Shown: piece by piece, positions 18,482-28,295 of the stretch | How the letters are laid out: the number at the start of each line of letters is the position of its first letter | How positions within the stretch are numbered: position 1 is the stretch's first letter | NCBI GenBank assembly: GCA_963812155.1 | Contig: CAWETW010000002.1 | Location: forward strand, 352,001 to 416,000 | Origin: Vulcanimicrobiota bacterium | Lineage (GTDB): Bacteria; Vulcanimicrobiota; Vulcanimicrobiia; Vulcanimicrobiales; Vulcanimicrobiaceae | Reading direction: 5' to 3' | DNA length: 64,000 nucleotides | Notes under the pieces: generated by a model | The model's input: the letters and a program-made list of their open reading frames with translations, nothing else | Database searches by the model: none | Told to the model about the DNA's origin: nothing | Program-made: the position numbers and the translations under genes

Positions 18482-21400
18482 TTACACGATGGCCGGCGGC
18501 GGCTCCGGCAAGTGCGGCGGGCCGGGGAGCGGCGGCGCCGGCGGCGCCGTCTTTTTCTTCTTGCGTTCGGTCCAGTTGACGACGATGACGTAGAGCACGG
18601 GAACGATCGCGAGGTTCATGACCGTCGAAACGATCATGCCGCCCAACACCGCGGTACCCAGAGAAATTCGCGACTGCGCGCCGTCGCCGTGCGCGAATGC
18701 CAACGGCAGAATTCCCAGGACGAACGCAATCGACGTCATGAGGATCGGCCGCAGGCGCTCGGTCGCCGCATGCGTCACCGCGTCGATCGTATTGCGGCCC
18801 TGTTCGCGCAGCTGATTGGCGAACTCGACGATCAGGATGGCGTTCTTCGCGGCCAGTCCGATGAGCATGACGTAGCCGATTTGCGCGTAGACGTCGCTCG
18901 ACGTTTGCGGCACGATGACCAAATGCCCCGCTAGTTTGGAATGAATCACGGTGCTGATGATCTCGCACCATCGACGAACGTAGATGCCGCCGACGGCGCC
19001 GACGAGGGCTAACGGCACGGCCATCATGATGACGAACGGCGTCGTGAGGCTCTCGTACTGCGCGACCAGCACGAGGAAGACGAAGAGCAATCCCATCGCA
19101 AAGACGAGGATCGTCTGCGGGCCGCTCTGCACTTGCTGGCGAGCGATGCCGCTCCAGTCGTACTTCATGCCCTTGGGCATATTCTCGGTCGCGAGCTTCG
19201 CCATTACGTTGAGCGCTTGACCGGAACTAGAGTTCGTGCCGGGCGAGCCGTCGATTTCGTAGGCGTTGAACTCGTTGAAGCGCATGATCGTGACGTTGGC
19301 CGTCGTCTTGGTGATGTCCAAGAGCTGCGAAACCGGCATGAGGCTGCCGTTTTGATTCGCGACGTAGATGCGCGTCAAGTCCTGCGGTACGGTCCGGTAC
19401 TTCGCGCCGGCTTGGATGACGACGTTGTACGACCGGCTGCCGTAGTCGAAGAAGTTCACGAACGCGGCGCCGGTCGTACTATTGAGCGTATTGAAGAACG
19501 ACGACGGCGAGACGCCGAGCGCGAGCGCCTTGGAGCGATTGAATTTCGCCTCGACGTACGGACCGGTGAGCAGCGTCGGAATGCGAACCTGCGACAACTG
19601 ATTGTTTTGCTGAGCCTTCGCGACGATCGTGTTGCCCACACGGTTGAGCGCCGGGAGACCGAAGCCGTTGATGTCTTGAATTTCCATGGCGAAGCCGCCC
19701 GTCGAGCCCAGTCCCGGAATGGCCGGCGGATTTGCCGGCAGCGCCTTCACGTTGGGGATCTTCAGGAAGTTCTGGTAGAGCGCGTACTGCAGGTTGAACG
19801 AACTGTTTTCCAGACCTTTGCGTTTGGACAGCGGCCAAAGCTGCACGAACAGCGTGGCTTGATTGCTGCTGCTGTTGGCGAAACCGAAGCCGACGCCCGA
19901 CGTCACCGCTTCGACTTGCGGCATCTTCACCATCATCGCTTCCAGCCGCTGGGAAACGGCCATCGTCTGATCGAGCGATGCGCTCGTCGGCAAGGTCACC
20001 AAAACGTAGAGCAGACTTTGGTCTTCGGTCGGTAAGAAGCCCTGCGGCGTCACGACGAAGAGCACGCCCAACAGCGCGATGCCGGCGAGGAAAATGGCGA
20101 CCATGATCTTGGTGCGCGCGATCAAGCGCGGCACCAAACCCATGTACCAGTTTTTCAACCCACCAAGGCGATCGTTGAACCACTTCAGGAACACGTTCTT
20201 GCTCGGTTCGTCGGCATGCACGAGCTCGTACGTCAAGACCGGGGCCAGCGTCAGCGCGGTAAAGAGCGAGATGCCGATCGACGCGGCCATCGTCAGCGCG
20301 AACTGCTGATAGAGCAAGCCGGTGGTGCCCGGCAGGAATGCCACGGGAATGAAGACCGACATGAGCACCAGCGACGTCGCGACGACCGCCCCGGTGATCT
20401 CTTTCATCGCGCGCTTGGTCGCTTCGAAGCTGTTGAGTTTGTCGTCCACGATGTGGCGGACGATGTTCTCGAGCACGACGATCGCGTCGTCGACGACGAG
20501 CCCGGTAGCGAGCGTAAGGCCGAACAGCGTGAGGGTGTTGATGGTGAAATTCATCATCTTCATGGCCGCGAACGTACCGATCAGCGAGACCGGAATCGTG
20601 ATCGACGGAATGAGCGTGCTGTGCCAGTTCTGCAGGAAGATGAAGATAACGAGCACGACGAGCAAGATCGCTATCAGCAGGGTGACGACGACTTCCTTGA
20701 TGGAGGCTCGAACGAAATCCGAGGTGTCGAAGGCGATCGAGTAATCCATGCCGGGCGGAAAGAACGGCTTGAGCCGTTCCATCGTGGCGCGCACCGTCTT
20801 TGAAATTTGCAGAGAGTTCGCGGTCGGTTCGCCCTCGATGGCCAGCACGACCGCCGTTCGTCCGTTATAGCGCGCGGACGTGACGTAGTTCTGCGCTCCT
20901 AACTCGACGTCGGCAATGTCGCCGAGCCGCACGTATCCGCCGTTCGGCTGCGCGACCACGACGATTTGCTTGAACTCGTCGGGCGTTTGCAGACGCCCGT
21001 TGACCTTGATGGGAATCTGAAAAGGCTGGGACCCGTTGGTCGGAGCTTGGCCGATGGCGCCCGGAGCGACGTCGGCATTCTGCTGCTTGATCGCGTTGAC
21101 CACGGTATCGATCGAAATGTTGTTGGCCTGCAGCTTGTGCGGATCCACCCACACCCGCATCCCGTAGGTGCGGTCGCCGAGCACTTCGACTTGGCCGACG
21201 CCCGGGATGCGCTTGAGATCTTCGATGACGTTGATGTCGGCGTAGTTGCTCACGGCAACGTCGCTGACCGACGAACTGGTCGAGACCATCGCGACGGCAA
21301 TCGTAATGTTGCCGGAGCTCTTTTGCACCGAAACGCCCTGCTGCTGTACCGCCGTCGGCAGCTGCGCCAGCGTAAGATCGACGCCGTGCTGGACGTTGGT

Positions 21401-21712
21401 TTGATCGGTCGTCGGATCGGTTCCAAGCGCAAACGTGCAGGTAATCGTCGAGATGCCGTTGGCACTGGAGTACGATTGCATGTACTGCAGGCCGTCGGCG
21501 CCGTTGATGTTGATCTCGAGCGGCGTCGTCACGGAACGCACGACGGCTTGGGCATCGGCGCCCGGGAAGTTCGCGGTGACGGTTACGGTCGGCGGTGAGA
21601 TCTGCGGGTATTGGGAAATCGGCAGGATCGGAATGCAAATCAAGCCTGCCAGCAATACTACGAAACTCAAGACGCCGGCAAAAAGCGGACGTTTGAGGAA
21701 GACCTCGATCAA
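18482..21712 (-). CDS. RND efflux transporter permease (HAE1/AcrB family)
   Basis: 1076 aa; GLVVDDAIVV, GLAAKNAILIVEF, RLRPILMT proton-relay motifs. Confidence 0.95.
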   Translation of the reverse strand: MIEVFLKRPLFAGVLSFVVLLAGLICIPILPISQYPQISPPTVTVTANFPGADAQAVVRSVTTPLEININGADGLQYMQSYSSANGISTITCTFALGTDPTTDQTNVQHGVDLTLAQLPTAVQQQGVSVQKSSGNITIAVAMVSTSSSVSDVAVSNYADINVIEDLKRIPGVGQVEVLGDRTYGMRVWVDPHKLQANNISIDTVVNAIKQQNADVAPGAIGQAPTNGSQPFQIPIKVNGRLQTPDEFKQIVVVAQPNGGYVRLGDIADVELGAQNYVTSARYNGRTAVVLAIEGEPTANSLQISKTVRATMERLKPFFPPGMDYSIAFDTSDFVRASIKEVVVTLLIAILLVVLVIFIFLQNWHSTLIPSITIPVSLIGTFAAMKMMNFTINTLTLFGLTLATGLVVDDAIVVLENIVRHIVDDKLNSFEATKRAMKEITGAVVATSLVLMSVFIPVAFLPGTTGLLYQQFALTMAASIGISLFTALTLAPVLTYELVHADEPSKNVFLKWFNDRLGGLKNWYMGLVPRLIARTKIMVAIFLAGIALLGVLFVVTPQGFLPTEDQSLLYVLVTLPTSASLDQTMAVSQRLEAMMVKMPQVEAVTSGVGFGFANSSSNQATLFVQLWPLSKRKGLENSSFNLQYALYQNFLKIPNVKALPANPPAIPGLGSTGGFAMEIQDINGFGLPALNRVGNTIVAKAQQNNQLSQVRIPTLLTGPYVEAKFNRSKALALGVSPSSFFNTLNSTTGAAFVNFFDYGSRSYNVVIQAGAKYRTVPQDLTRIYVANQNGSLMPVSQLLDITKTTANVTIMRFNEFNAYEIDGSPGTNSSSGQALNVMAKLATENMPKGMKYDWSGIARQQVQSGPQTILVFAMGLLFVFLVLVAQYESLTTPFVIMMAVPLALVGAVGGIYVRRWCEIISTVIHSKLAGHLVIVPQTSSDVYAQIGYVMLIGLAAKNAILIVEFANQLREQGRNTIDAVTHAATERLRPILMTSIAFVLGILPLAFAHGDGAQSRISLGTAVLGGMIVSTVMNLAIVPVLYVIVVNWTERKKKKTAPPAPPLPGPPHLPEPPPAIV

Positions 21713-21777
21713 ATCTCAGGCTCCTGGTTCCTGGGCGCTGAACCGCGCTTTTCGCCAAATGAGGGGGCCGCGGCCTC

Positions 21778-23424
21778 TCACGGCGCGCTCCGCAGCGACC
21801 ACGCGTACGCGTTCCACGTCGGGAGGAATGCGTTGGGAGCGAAACCGTGGAGACGCTTGAGATATGCGTATACGTAATCGGCATTGAAAAGGTAGAGGAT
21901 CGGGACGTCTTCCGCAACGATCCGCCCGATGCGCGCGTACAGCCGCTTGCGTTCCGCTTGCTCGGTCGAACTCAGGGCCAACCGCTCGAGCGCGTCGACG
22001 CGCGCATCGCACCACCGCATATAGTTCGACGGCGCGCGGCACGCCAGCACCGAGGAGTCGTCGGGATCGGCGCCCATCGTCCACGGAACGTACGCGAGGT
22101 CGAACGTCCCGCGCGCGAGCACTCCGGTGAGCGGCAGAAAGAGCTGTGCGTTGGCAACTGCTTTGACGCTCACGGCCACGCCGCGCAGCCGTAACGATTC
22201 CTGCACGGCGGTCGCGACGCGAACGCCGGTCGCCGATTCCGGAAACTGCACGTAGAGCAGTTCCAGCTCGCGCCCGTCTTTACGCCGTACGCCATCTTCG
22301 CCGCGCCTCCAGCCGGCTGCGTCGAAGAGCGCGTCGGCTCTATCCGGATCGTATCCGGGCTCGCGGACCGACGGATCGAACGCCCAGGAGAAGTGCGGCT
22401 GCAGCATGTCGGTCACGGGATAGGTCCCGAACGTAATTTTGCGCGAGATCGCTTGACGATCGATCGAAAACGCAATTGCACGGCGCACGCGTACGTCGTC
22501 GAGCGGCGCGTGCCGCGTGTTGAACGCCAACCCGGCGACGACCGCGGTCGGAACCTTTACAAACGCGACGTTCCGATTTCGGCGAAGAATCGGCAGTTGT
22601 GCGGGCGCGATGAGATTCCAATCCAGTTGGCCGGATTGCACGAGCAGCAAGTTCGTCGATGGATCCGGCACGACGCGCACGGAAAGCGTCGCAACCGCGG
22701 GCCGGCCGCGCCAGTACGACGGATTGGCCGAATACCGCAGGACGTCGCCGCGGTGCCACGACTCGAAACGGTAGGGTCCGTCACCGACGGAGGGGGCCGC
22801 GTTGAACGCAGCCTGCCCGAGCGGCTGCTGTCCGCGCAGCACGTGTGCCGGAAGGACGACGTCAGAGGATAATCCGTAAGAAAAATACGTCAGCGCCGCC
22901 GGCGCCCACGCGCGCGCAAGATGCACCACCACGGTACGCGCGTCGGGTGCTTCGGCGCGGTCGATGAGATCGTAGCCGGCGCGCGTGCGCACCGGATTGC
23001 GCGGATCGAGTATCGCGCGCAGTGTGAAAAGCACGTCTTGCGACGTGACCGGCAAGCCGTCGCTCCATTTCGCTCGCCGTAACCGGTAGACGATGGTGCG
23101 GCCGTCGGCCGAAACGCCGCCGTTGGCGCGGGTGGGCAACACCGAAAGCAGCGCCGGCTCGGGGCGGCCGCGGGAATCGAGATCGACGAAAGGCTCGAAA
23201 ACGAGCCGGGCCGCCTGCTGCTCGACAGAGGCGGCGTCGGGATGCGCGAATAGCGGATCGAGCGTCTGGGGATCGGCGGCCAGGGCGAAGCGGACGGTCG
23301 CTGGCGGCGCGGCCGGCCGGGAGGCCGGCTGACAGCCGTTGGAAGCCAAGAGGGCAAGCGCCAGTATAAGAATCCCGATGCCCCTACTTGCGCCGAATAA
23401 ATCGTTGGTGCTATAGTTTTGCAA
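21778..23424 (-). CDS. ABC transporter peptide-binding lipoprotein (SBP family 5)
   Basis: Lipobox-like Cys, DPQTLDP, KWSDG-PVTSQDV, VGDGPY, DVRVRRAI; start codon uncertain. Confidence 0.88.
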   Translation of the reverse strand: MQNYSTNDLFGASRGIGILILALALLASNGCQPASRPAAPPATVRFALAADPQTLDPLFAHPDAASVEQQAARLVFEPFVDLDSRGRPEPALLSVLPTRANGGVSADGRTIVYRLRRAKWSDGLPVTSQDVLFTLRAILDPRNPVRTRAGYDLIDRAEAPDARTVVVHLARAWAPAALTYFSYGLSSDVVLPAHVLRGQQPLGQAAFNAAPSVGDGPYRFESWHRGDVLRYSANPSYWRGRPAVATLSVRVVPDPSTNLLLVQSGQLDWNLIAPAQLPILRRNRNVAFVKVPTAVVAGLAFNTRHAPLDDVRVRRAIAFSIDRQAISRKITFGTYPVTDMLQPHFSWAFDPSVREPGYDPDRADALFDAAGWRRGEDGVRRKDGRELELLYVQFPESATGVRVATAVQESLRLRGVAVSVKAVANAQLFLPLTGVLARGTFDLAYVPWTMGADPDDSSVLACRAPSNYMRWCDARVDALERLALSSTEQAERKRLYARIGRIVAEDVPILYLFNADYVYAYLKRLHGFAPNAFLPTWNAYAWSLRSAP

Positions 23425-23460
23425 CCGAAGATTGTTCGGCAAATCTCCCTCCGCGGCGAA
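23388..23460 (+). promoter_or_regulatory. Sigma70-type promoter with putative Lrp-family operator array
   Basis: TTGCGC-N18-TATAGT with extended TG; CCGAA-N5-TTCGG at 23425-23439; CGAA half-sites at 23394, 23426, 23457. Confidence 0.5.
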
Positions 23461-23461
23461 T

Positions 23462-23932
23462 ATGATAACGACGACCGACGAACTCGACGAACTCGACCTT
23501 CAGCTTCTCGACGCGTTGCAGAGCAACGCGCGCTCGACCTTTGCCGAACTCGGCTCGCTCGTCGGCTTGAAAGCGCCGGCCGTTCACGACCGGGTCAAGC
23601 GCCTCGAGCAGCGCGGCTACATCCAGCGCTACTCGGCGCAGCTGGACGTGAAGCGACTCGGCCTTCTGCTGACCGCCTTCGTCAGTCTGTACACGTCTCC
23701 CGACTGCAACTACGACGAGTTCACGCGAACGCTCGGCGTCATGCCGGAAGTCTGCGAAGTTCATTCGGTCGCCGGCGAGGAGACCTTCGTTTGTAAGGTG
23801 GTGACCGCATCGACCAAGCATCTCGACGACCTGCTCGCCCGGCTCAAGGCAATGCCCGGGATGGCGCGTACGCGCACAACCATCGTGCTCACTACGCCCT
23901 ACGACCGCGGCGGGGTGACGGTGCAATCGTGA
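23462..23932 (+). CDS. Lrp/AsnC family transcriptional regulator
   Basis: LDELDLQLLDALQSNAR HTH, RVKRLEQRGYI, EVHSVAGE RAM domain. Confidence 0.95.
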   Translation: MITTTDELDELDLQLLDALQSNARSTFAELGSLVGLKAPAVHDRVKRLEQRGYIQRYSAQLDVKRLGLLLTAFVSLYTSPDCNYDEFTRTLGVMPEVCEVHSVAGEETFVCKVVTASTKHLDDLLARLKAMPGMARTRTTIVLTTPYDRGGVTVQS

Positions 23933-25002
23933 GTGCGATCTCCGACCCGCGCCCGCACCGCCTCGGGACGCATCGCGTGCTCGAGCCGGCCGGCGCGCTG
24001 CCGCAGGCGGCCTGGAAGCTCGACAACACGCCGATTGCGCGCGACAACGAAATTCTCTGCGACGTCGAGACGCTCAACGTCGATTCGGCCTCGTTCAAAC
24101 AGATCGCCGACGACTGCGAACGCGACGCGGAACGCATCGCCGCGCACATCGTCGGGATCGTGAACGAGCGCGGCAAGCAGCACAACCCGGTAACGGGAAG
24201 CGGCGGGATGTTCATCGGATCGGTTGCCGAGGTCGGCCGCGCCCTGCGCGGCAAGCACCAGCTCGAGGCCGGCGACCGCATCGCTTCGCTCGTCTCCCTT
24301 TCGCTAACGCCCCTGCACGTTGAAGAAATTACGCGCATCGACGTTGCGACCGGCCGCGTCTGGATTCGCGGAAAGGCGATTCTGTTCGAAAGCGGCATCT
24401 GGGCGACGCTGCCCTCCGACATCGACGAGAACGTCGCGCTGGCAGTCCTCGACGTCGCCGGAGCGCCCGCGCAAGTAAAACGTCTCTGCAAGCCCGGACA
24501 AACGGTGGTCGTCATCGGCGCCGCCGGAAAAAGCGGCATGCTCTCGTGTGCGGAGGCCCGCCGCCGGGTCGGTCCGCAAGGCCACGTCATCGGCGTCGTC
24601 CCGCATCCCGAATCGGAATCCGCGCAGCTGCTCTTAAGCGATCACTTGGTAGACACCCTCGTGCGCGCCGACGCACGCGATGCTTTGGAGTTGAGCGAGA
24701 AAGTTGCCGCCGTCGCGCCCGATTTGGCCGATGTGACGATCAATTGCGTGAACGTTCCCGCAACGGAGATGGCGTCGATTCTTTGCACGAAAGAGGGCGG
24801 AATCGTCTACTTCTTTTCGATGTCGACGTCGTTTACGGCCGCCGCGCTCGGCGCCGAGGGAATCGGCCGCGACGTTACGATGATCATCGGCAACGGCTAC
24901 GCCAAGGATCACGCGGCGACCGCGCTGCAAACGCTGCGCGATCATCCGCACCTGCACGACTACTTCAACGCTAAGTACGCTCACAAGAGGAACCCGTCAT
25001 GA
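23929..25002 (+). CDS. kdd: L-erythro-3,5-diaminohexanoate dehydrogenase
   Basis: GTHRVLEP-G-LPQAAWKLDN, LNVDSASF, RGKQHNPVTGSGGM, LVSLSLTPL, LDVAGAPAQ, FTAAALGAEG. Confidence 0.88.
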   Translation: MSAISDPRPHRLGTHRVLEPAGALPQAAWKLDNTPIARDNEILCDVETLNVDSASFKQIADDCERDAERIAAHIVGIVNERGKQHNPVTGSGGMFIGSVAEVGRALRGKHQLEAGDRIASLVSLSLTPLHVEEITRIDVATGRVWIRGKAILFESGIWATLPSDIDENVALAVLDVAGAPAQVKRLCKPGQTVVVIGAAGKSGMLSCAEARRRVGPQGHVIGVVPHPESESAQLLLSDHLVDTLVRADARDALELSEKVAAVAPDLADVTINCVNVPATEMASILCTKEGGIVYFFSMSTSFTAAALGAEGIGRDVTMIIGNGYAKDHAATALQTLRDHPHLHDYFNAKYAHKRNPS

Positions 25003-26378
25003 ACGACACCGTCATCAGCCACGTAAAGCCTCCGGCCCCGCCGCAACAGTTCGAGTACAAGAACCTCAAGCAGGGCGAGTTCTGGCGGCACATACCGGCT
25101 TACAAAGACGTCGACGAGACGACGTTCCTCGATCATCTCTGGCAGCAGAAAAATGCCGTCAAGACGGCCGACGAACTGCTCGCGGCGATCAAGGACGTCT
25201 GCTCGCCGGAGTTTTACGCCGATGCCGAATCGGGTTTCAAACGGGCACCGATGGCGGTGCGCGTTTCGCCGTACGCGATCGCCCTCATCGACTGGAACGA
25301 TCCGCTCAACGACCCGATCAGGCGTCAATTCGTTCCGCTTGCCTCAACCTTGCTTCCCGACCATCCGCGCCTGACGCTGGACTCGCTGCACGAGCAAGGG
25401 GATTCGCCGGTGCCCGGACTCGTGCACCGCTACGTGGACAAGGCGCTGTTCCTGCCGCTCAATACCTGTCCGGTGTACTGCCGTTTCTGTACGCGCAGTT
25501 ACGCGATCGGCCCAGACACCGAGAACGTGGATAAGGTCGCGCTTGCCAAGACGCCCAAACAATGGGAAGAGGCGTTCCAGTACATCTCGGAGCGACCGGA
25601 GCTCGAAGACATCGTGATCTCGGGCGGCGACATGTATCAAATGTCGCCAAAGAATCTGGAAGTCATCGGTAACCGGCTGCTCGACATTCCACACGTGCGT
25701 CGCATGCGCTTTGCCACCAAAGGCCCGGCGATCATGCCGATGAAGATCCTCACGCACGCGGAATGGCTCGACGCCATTACCGCCGTCGTGGATCGCGGCC
25801 GCACCATGGGCAAGGAAGTCGTGCTGCACACGCATTTCAACGCCCCCGAAGAGATTACGTGGATCACCGAAAAGGCGATGCGCGCGCTGTTCGAGCGCGG
25901 CATTTTTACGCGCAATCAATCGGTGCTCATCCGCGGAGTCAACGACGAACGGGAGCGGATGCAGCTGCTCGTCAAGCGCCTCGGTTATCTCAACGTCCAC
26001 GCCTACTACGTTTATATGCACGACATGGTGAAGGGCGTCGAGGAACTGCGAACCACCATCCACACCGCAACCGACGTCGAGAAGTTCGTGCGCGGCAGCA
26101 CGGCAGGCTTCAATACGCCGACCTTCGTTTGCGACGCGCCCGGCGGCGGCGGCAAGCGCGACGTTCACTCCTACGAATACTACGACCGTGACAACGGGAT
26201 CGCCGTCTACGCCGCACCCAGCGTCAAACCGGGCCAGGCGTTCGTCTATTTCGATCCGATCGACAAACTCTCGGCCGACGCGCAGGCGCGCTGGGCCGTT
26301 CGCGAGATTCAGGATCAGATGATTCACGAAGCCGTGCGCAAGGCGGGCGTCGGAGACGAACAGCTGGTCTTAGCGTAA
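24999..26378 (+). CDS. kamA: Lysine 2,3-aminomutase (KamA-family radical SAM/PLP enzyme)
   Basis: GLVHRYVDK, CPVYCRFCTR, ISGGD, NQSVL, DAPGGGGK; adjacent to kdd. Confidence 0.85.
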   Translation: MNDTVISHVKPPAPPQQFEYKNLKQGEFWRHIPAYKDVDETTFLDHLWQQKNAVKTADELLAAIKDVCSPEFYADAESGFKRAPMAVRVSPYAIALIDWNDPLNDPIRRQFVPLASTLLPDHPRLTLDSLHEQGDSPVPGLVHRYVDKALFLPLNTCPVYCRFCTRSYAIGPDTENVDKVALAKTPKQWEEAFQYISERPELEDIVISGGDMYQMSPKNLEVIGNRLLDIPHVRRMRFATKGPAIMPMKILTHAEWLDAITAVVDRGRTMGKEVVLHTHFNAPEEITWITEKAMRALFERGIFTRNQSVLIRGVNDERERMQLLVKRLGYLNVHAYYVYMHDMVKGVEELRTTIHTATDVEKFVRGSTAGFNTPTFVCDAPGGGGKRDVHSYEYYDRDNGIAVYAAPSVKPGQAFVYFDPIDKLSADAQARWAVREIQDQMIHEAVRKAGVGDEQLVLA

Positions 26379-26397
26379 GCCGGGCCGTTGGAGCAGC

Positions 26398-26943
26398 GTG
26401 GCTGACAACTCGTATCACTTCATCACGCACTGGCGCGTCAAAGGCACGTGCGCCGAAGTTGCCGACGTTCTCGGAAATACGAAGGATTTCGCTCGGTGGT
26501 GGCCGTCGGTGTACTTAGACGTGAACGTACTCGAGCCCGGCGACGCGAACGGGCTGGGCGAGCGCGCCAGCTTGTTTACCAAAGGGTGGCTGCCCTATAC
26601 GCTGCGCTGGGAATTCATCGTCGCAGAGAGACGCTACCCGTACGGATCGGCGATCGAAGCGCACGGCGACTTCGTCGGGCGCGGTCGATGGACGTTCGAG
26701 CAAGACGGCGAGTTCGTCGACGTGACCTACGACTGGAACATCCGTGCGGAGAAGCCGCTCCTGCGCACCCTAACGCCGCTGCTTCGTCCGATTTTTTCCG
26801 CGAACCATCGTTGGGCAATGGCGCAGGGAAAACGGTCCTTGGAACTCGAGCTCGATCGCCGGCGCGCGAAGACCGCCGAAGAACGCGAAGCCGTTGCCGC
26901 ACCTCCAGGCCCAACGTTCTATCGTGCGAGGCGTTCGCCTTAG
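26398..26943 (+). CDS. SRPBCC/polyketide-cyclase-like protein
   Basis: YHFITHW, WWPSV, LPYTLRW, GDFVGRGRW, RPIFSANHRWAM. Confidence 0.8.
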   Translation: MADNSYHFITHWRVKGTCAEVADVLGNTKDFARWWPSVYLDVNVLEPGDANGLGERASLFTKGWLPYTLRWEFIVAERRYPYGSAIEAHGDFVGRGRWTFEQDGEFVDVTYDWNIRAEKPLLRTLTPLLRPIFSANHRWAMAQGKRSLELELDRRRAKTAEEREAVAAPPGPTFYRARRSP

Positions 26944-26953
26944 CGCGACGGCG

Positions 26954-27634
26954 TTACGTCTTCTTCAGCGCGATCGAGCCGTTGGTCGTCTCGAGCGTGA
27001 TCGACGCGCCGCCCGGCGAAAGCGCTTGATCGACGGTGCCGCCGACGTATGACGTGCGATCGACGCGTACGGGCCAATCGCTGATGATCCGGCCAACCGA
27101 GGTGTCCATCTTTAGCCGGCCGATTTTCGCCGAAGCCGGAAGCGCGAGCGAGATGCTGCCGTTGCTGGTCGAAAGCGAAACGCGCGCGACGCCGGCAAAC
27201 GCCGCATAGGATGCACTCACCGAACCGTTGCTCGTTTCGAGGCGCGCGTCGGCGGAGAGCCCGCCGGCGGTGACGCTGCCGTTGCTCGAGCTTAGATCGA
27301 GCGACGTGCGCGGCGGCACCACGACCGAAAAAGAAATTTCGCCGCCGCACGAGCCGCTGCCGCAGCCGCTCGGATAGATCGCTCGCAGCGTGACGACGTT
27401 ATTGCGGTTGGTGGCGTCGACGCGCAGAGCGTTGACTTCGGCCATCGTGTCGGCGCGCTTGACGACCGTCACCTCGACGGGAGAGCCGGGACGGCCGGCC
27501 GTCACCTCGATCTTGCCGTTTGCCGTTTCGGCGCGCAGTTGGGCCGCCGCCGACACGCTGAAGGTATAGTGCTGCTCGACGTGCTGGCCGGTGCCGAAGA
27601 TCGACCAGGCCGCCAAAATCACTGCGTACGTCAT
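26954..27634 (-). CDS. DUF4097 beta-strand repeat protein
   Basis: Repeated (T/S)SNGSV/I motifs, signal-like N-terminus. Confidence 0.85.
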   Translation of the reverse strand: MTYAVILAAWSIFGTGQHVEQHYTFSVSAAAQLRAETANGKIEVTAGRPGSPVEVTVVKRADTMAEVNALRVDATNRNNVVTLRAIYPSGCGSGSCGGEISFSVVVPPRTSLDLSSSNGSVTAGGLSADARLETSNGSVSASYAAFAGVARVSLSTSNGSISLALPASAKIGRLKMDTSVGRIISDWPVRVDRTSYVGGTVDQALSPGGASITLETTNGSIALKKT

Positions 27635-27642
27635 GCCACTTC

Positions 27643-27670
27643 TTACAGGACGGCGAGCGGGACGGTTTCA
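27643..27670 (-). promoter_or_regulatory. Putative ECF (SigW-like) promoter, near-leaderless DUF4097 gene
   Basis: Minus strand TGAAAC-N17-TGTAA, 8 nt before ATG. Confidence 0.35.
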
Positions 27671-27693
27671 CCCGCAATGTGAAGGAACGCCGC

Positions 27694-28275
27694 ATGGACG
27701 AAAAGCGCTTCCGGTTCGATCTCGTGGTCGCGCTCTGCGCGCTGCTGATCAGCGGCGTCGCGGCCGCCGCCTCCGCCTATCAAACATACGTCATCCGCCA
27801 GCAGTACAGCGCGACCGTCTGGCCCTATTTGACCTTCATCTCCTCGTCGTCGGAGACGTTTTTTTCGCTTACCGTGAGCAACGACGGTATCGGACCCGCG
27901 CTCATTCGCGCAGCGGTGGTGAGCCGGGACGGAAAACCGATCGACGTGCAGGCGAATCCGTCCACGAGCCCGGCGATCTTTTACGCCATCCTTCCCGAAC
28001 GAAATGCAGCCGAAGCGGAGGAACGTACCGCGCATAGGCACGGAAGAACCTCCGTCACCGTCAGTTCCATCGTTCGCGGAGACGTCATTCCGGCCGGTCA
28101 AACGCTGCAACTGCTGCGCGTCGACGGCCAGTTCATTACCCATCACATCGTGGCGGACATGCGTCGCTTCGATCTCCAGATTTGCTATTGTTCGCTGTTG
28201 GGTTCGTGCTGGATAAAACGGTTATGGGATCCGGCGGTCGAGCCTCACGCCGTCGCAAGCTGTCCCGAAACGTAG
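27694..28275 (+). CDS. Hypothetical membrane-anchored protein with C-terminal CYCSLLGSCW motif
   Basis: RBS AAGGA, N-terminal TM helix, VWPYL, NDGIGPA. Confidence 0.75.
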   Translation: MDEKRFRFDLVVALCALLISGVAAAASAYQTYVIRQQYSATVWPYLTFISSSSETFFSLTVSNDGIGPALIRAAVVSRDGKPIDVQANPSTSPAIFYAILPERNAAEAEERTAHRHGRTSVTVSSIVRGDVIPAGQTLQLLRVDGQFITHHIVADMRRFDLQICYCSLLGSCWIKRLWDPAVEPHAVASCPET

Positions 28276-28295
28276 CCTCGCGGGAAGCGCGACCG

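Noticed and set aside
24999..26378. KamA-family gene as EF-P modifying EpmB
   Set aside because: Longer than typical EpmB, no efp/epmA nearby, coupled to kdd
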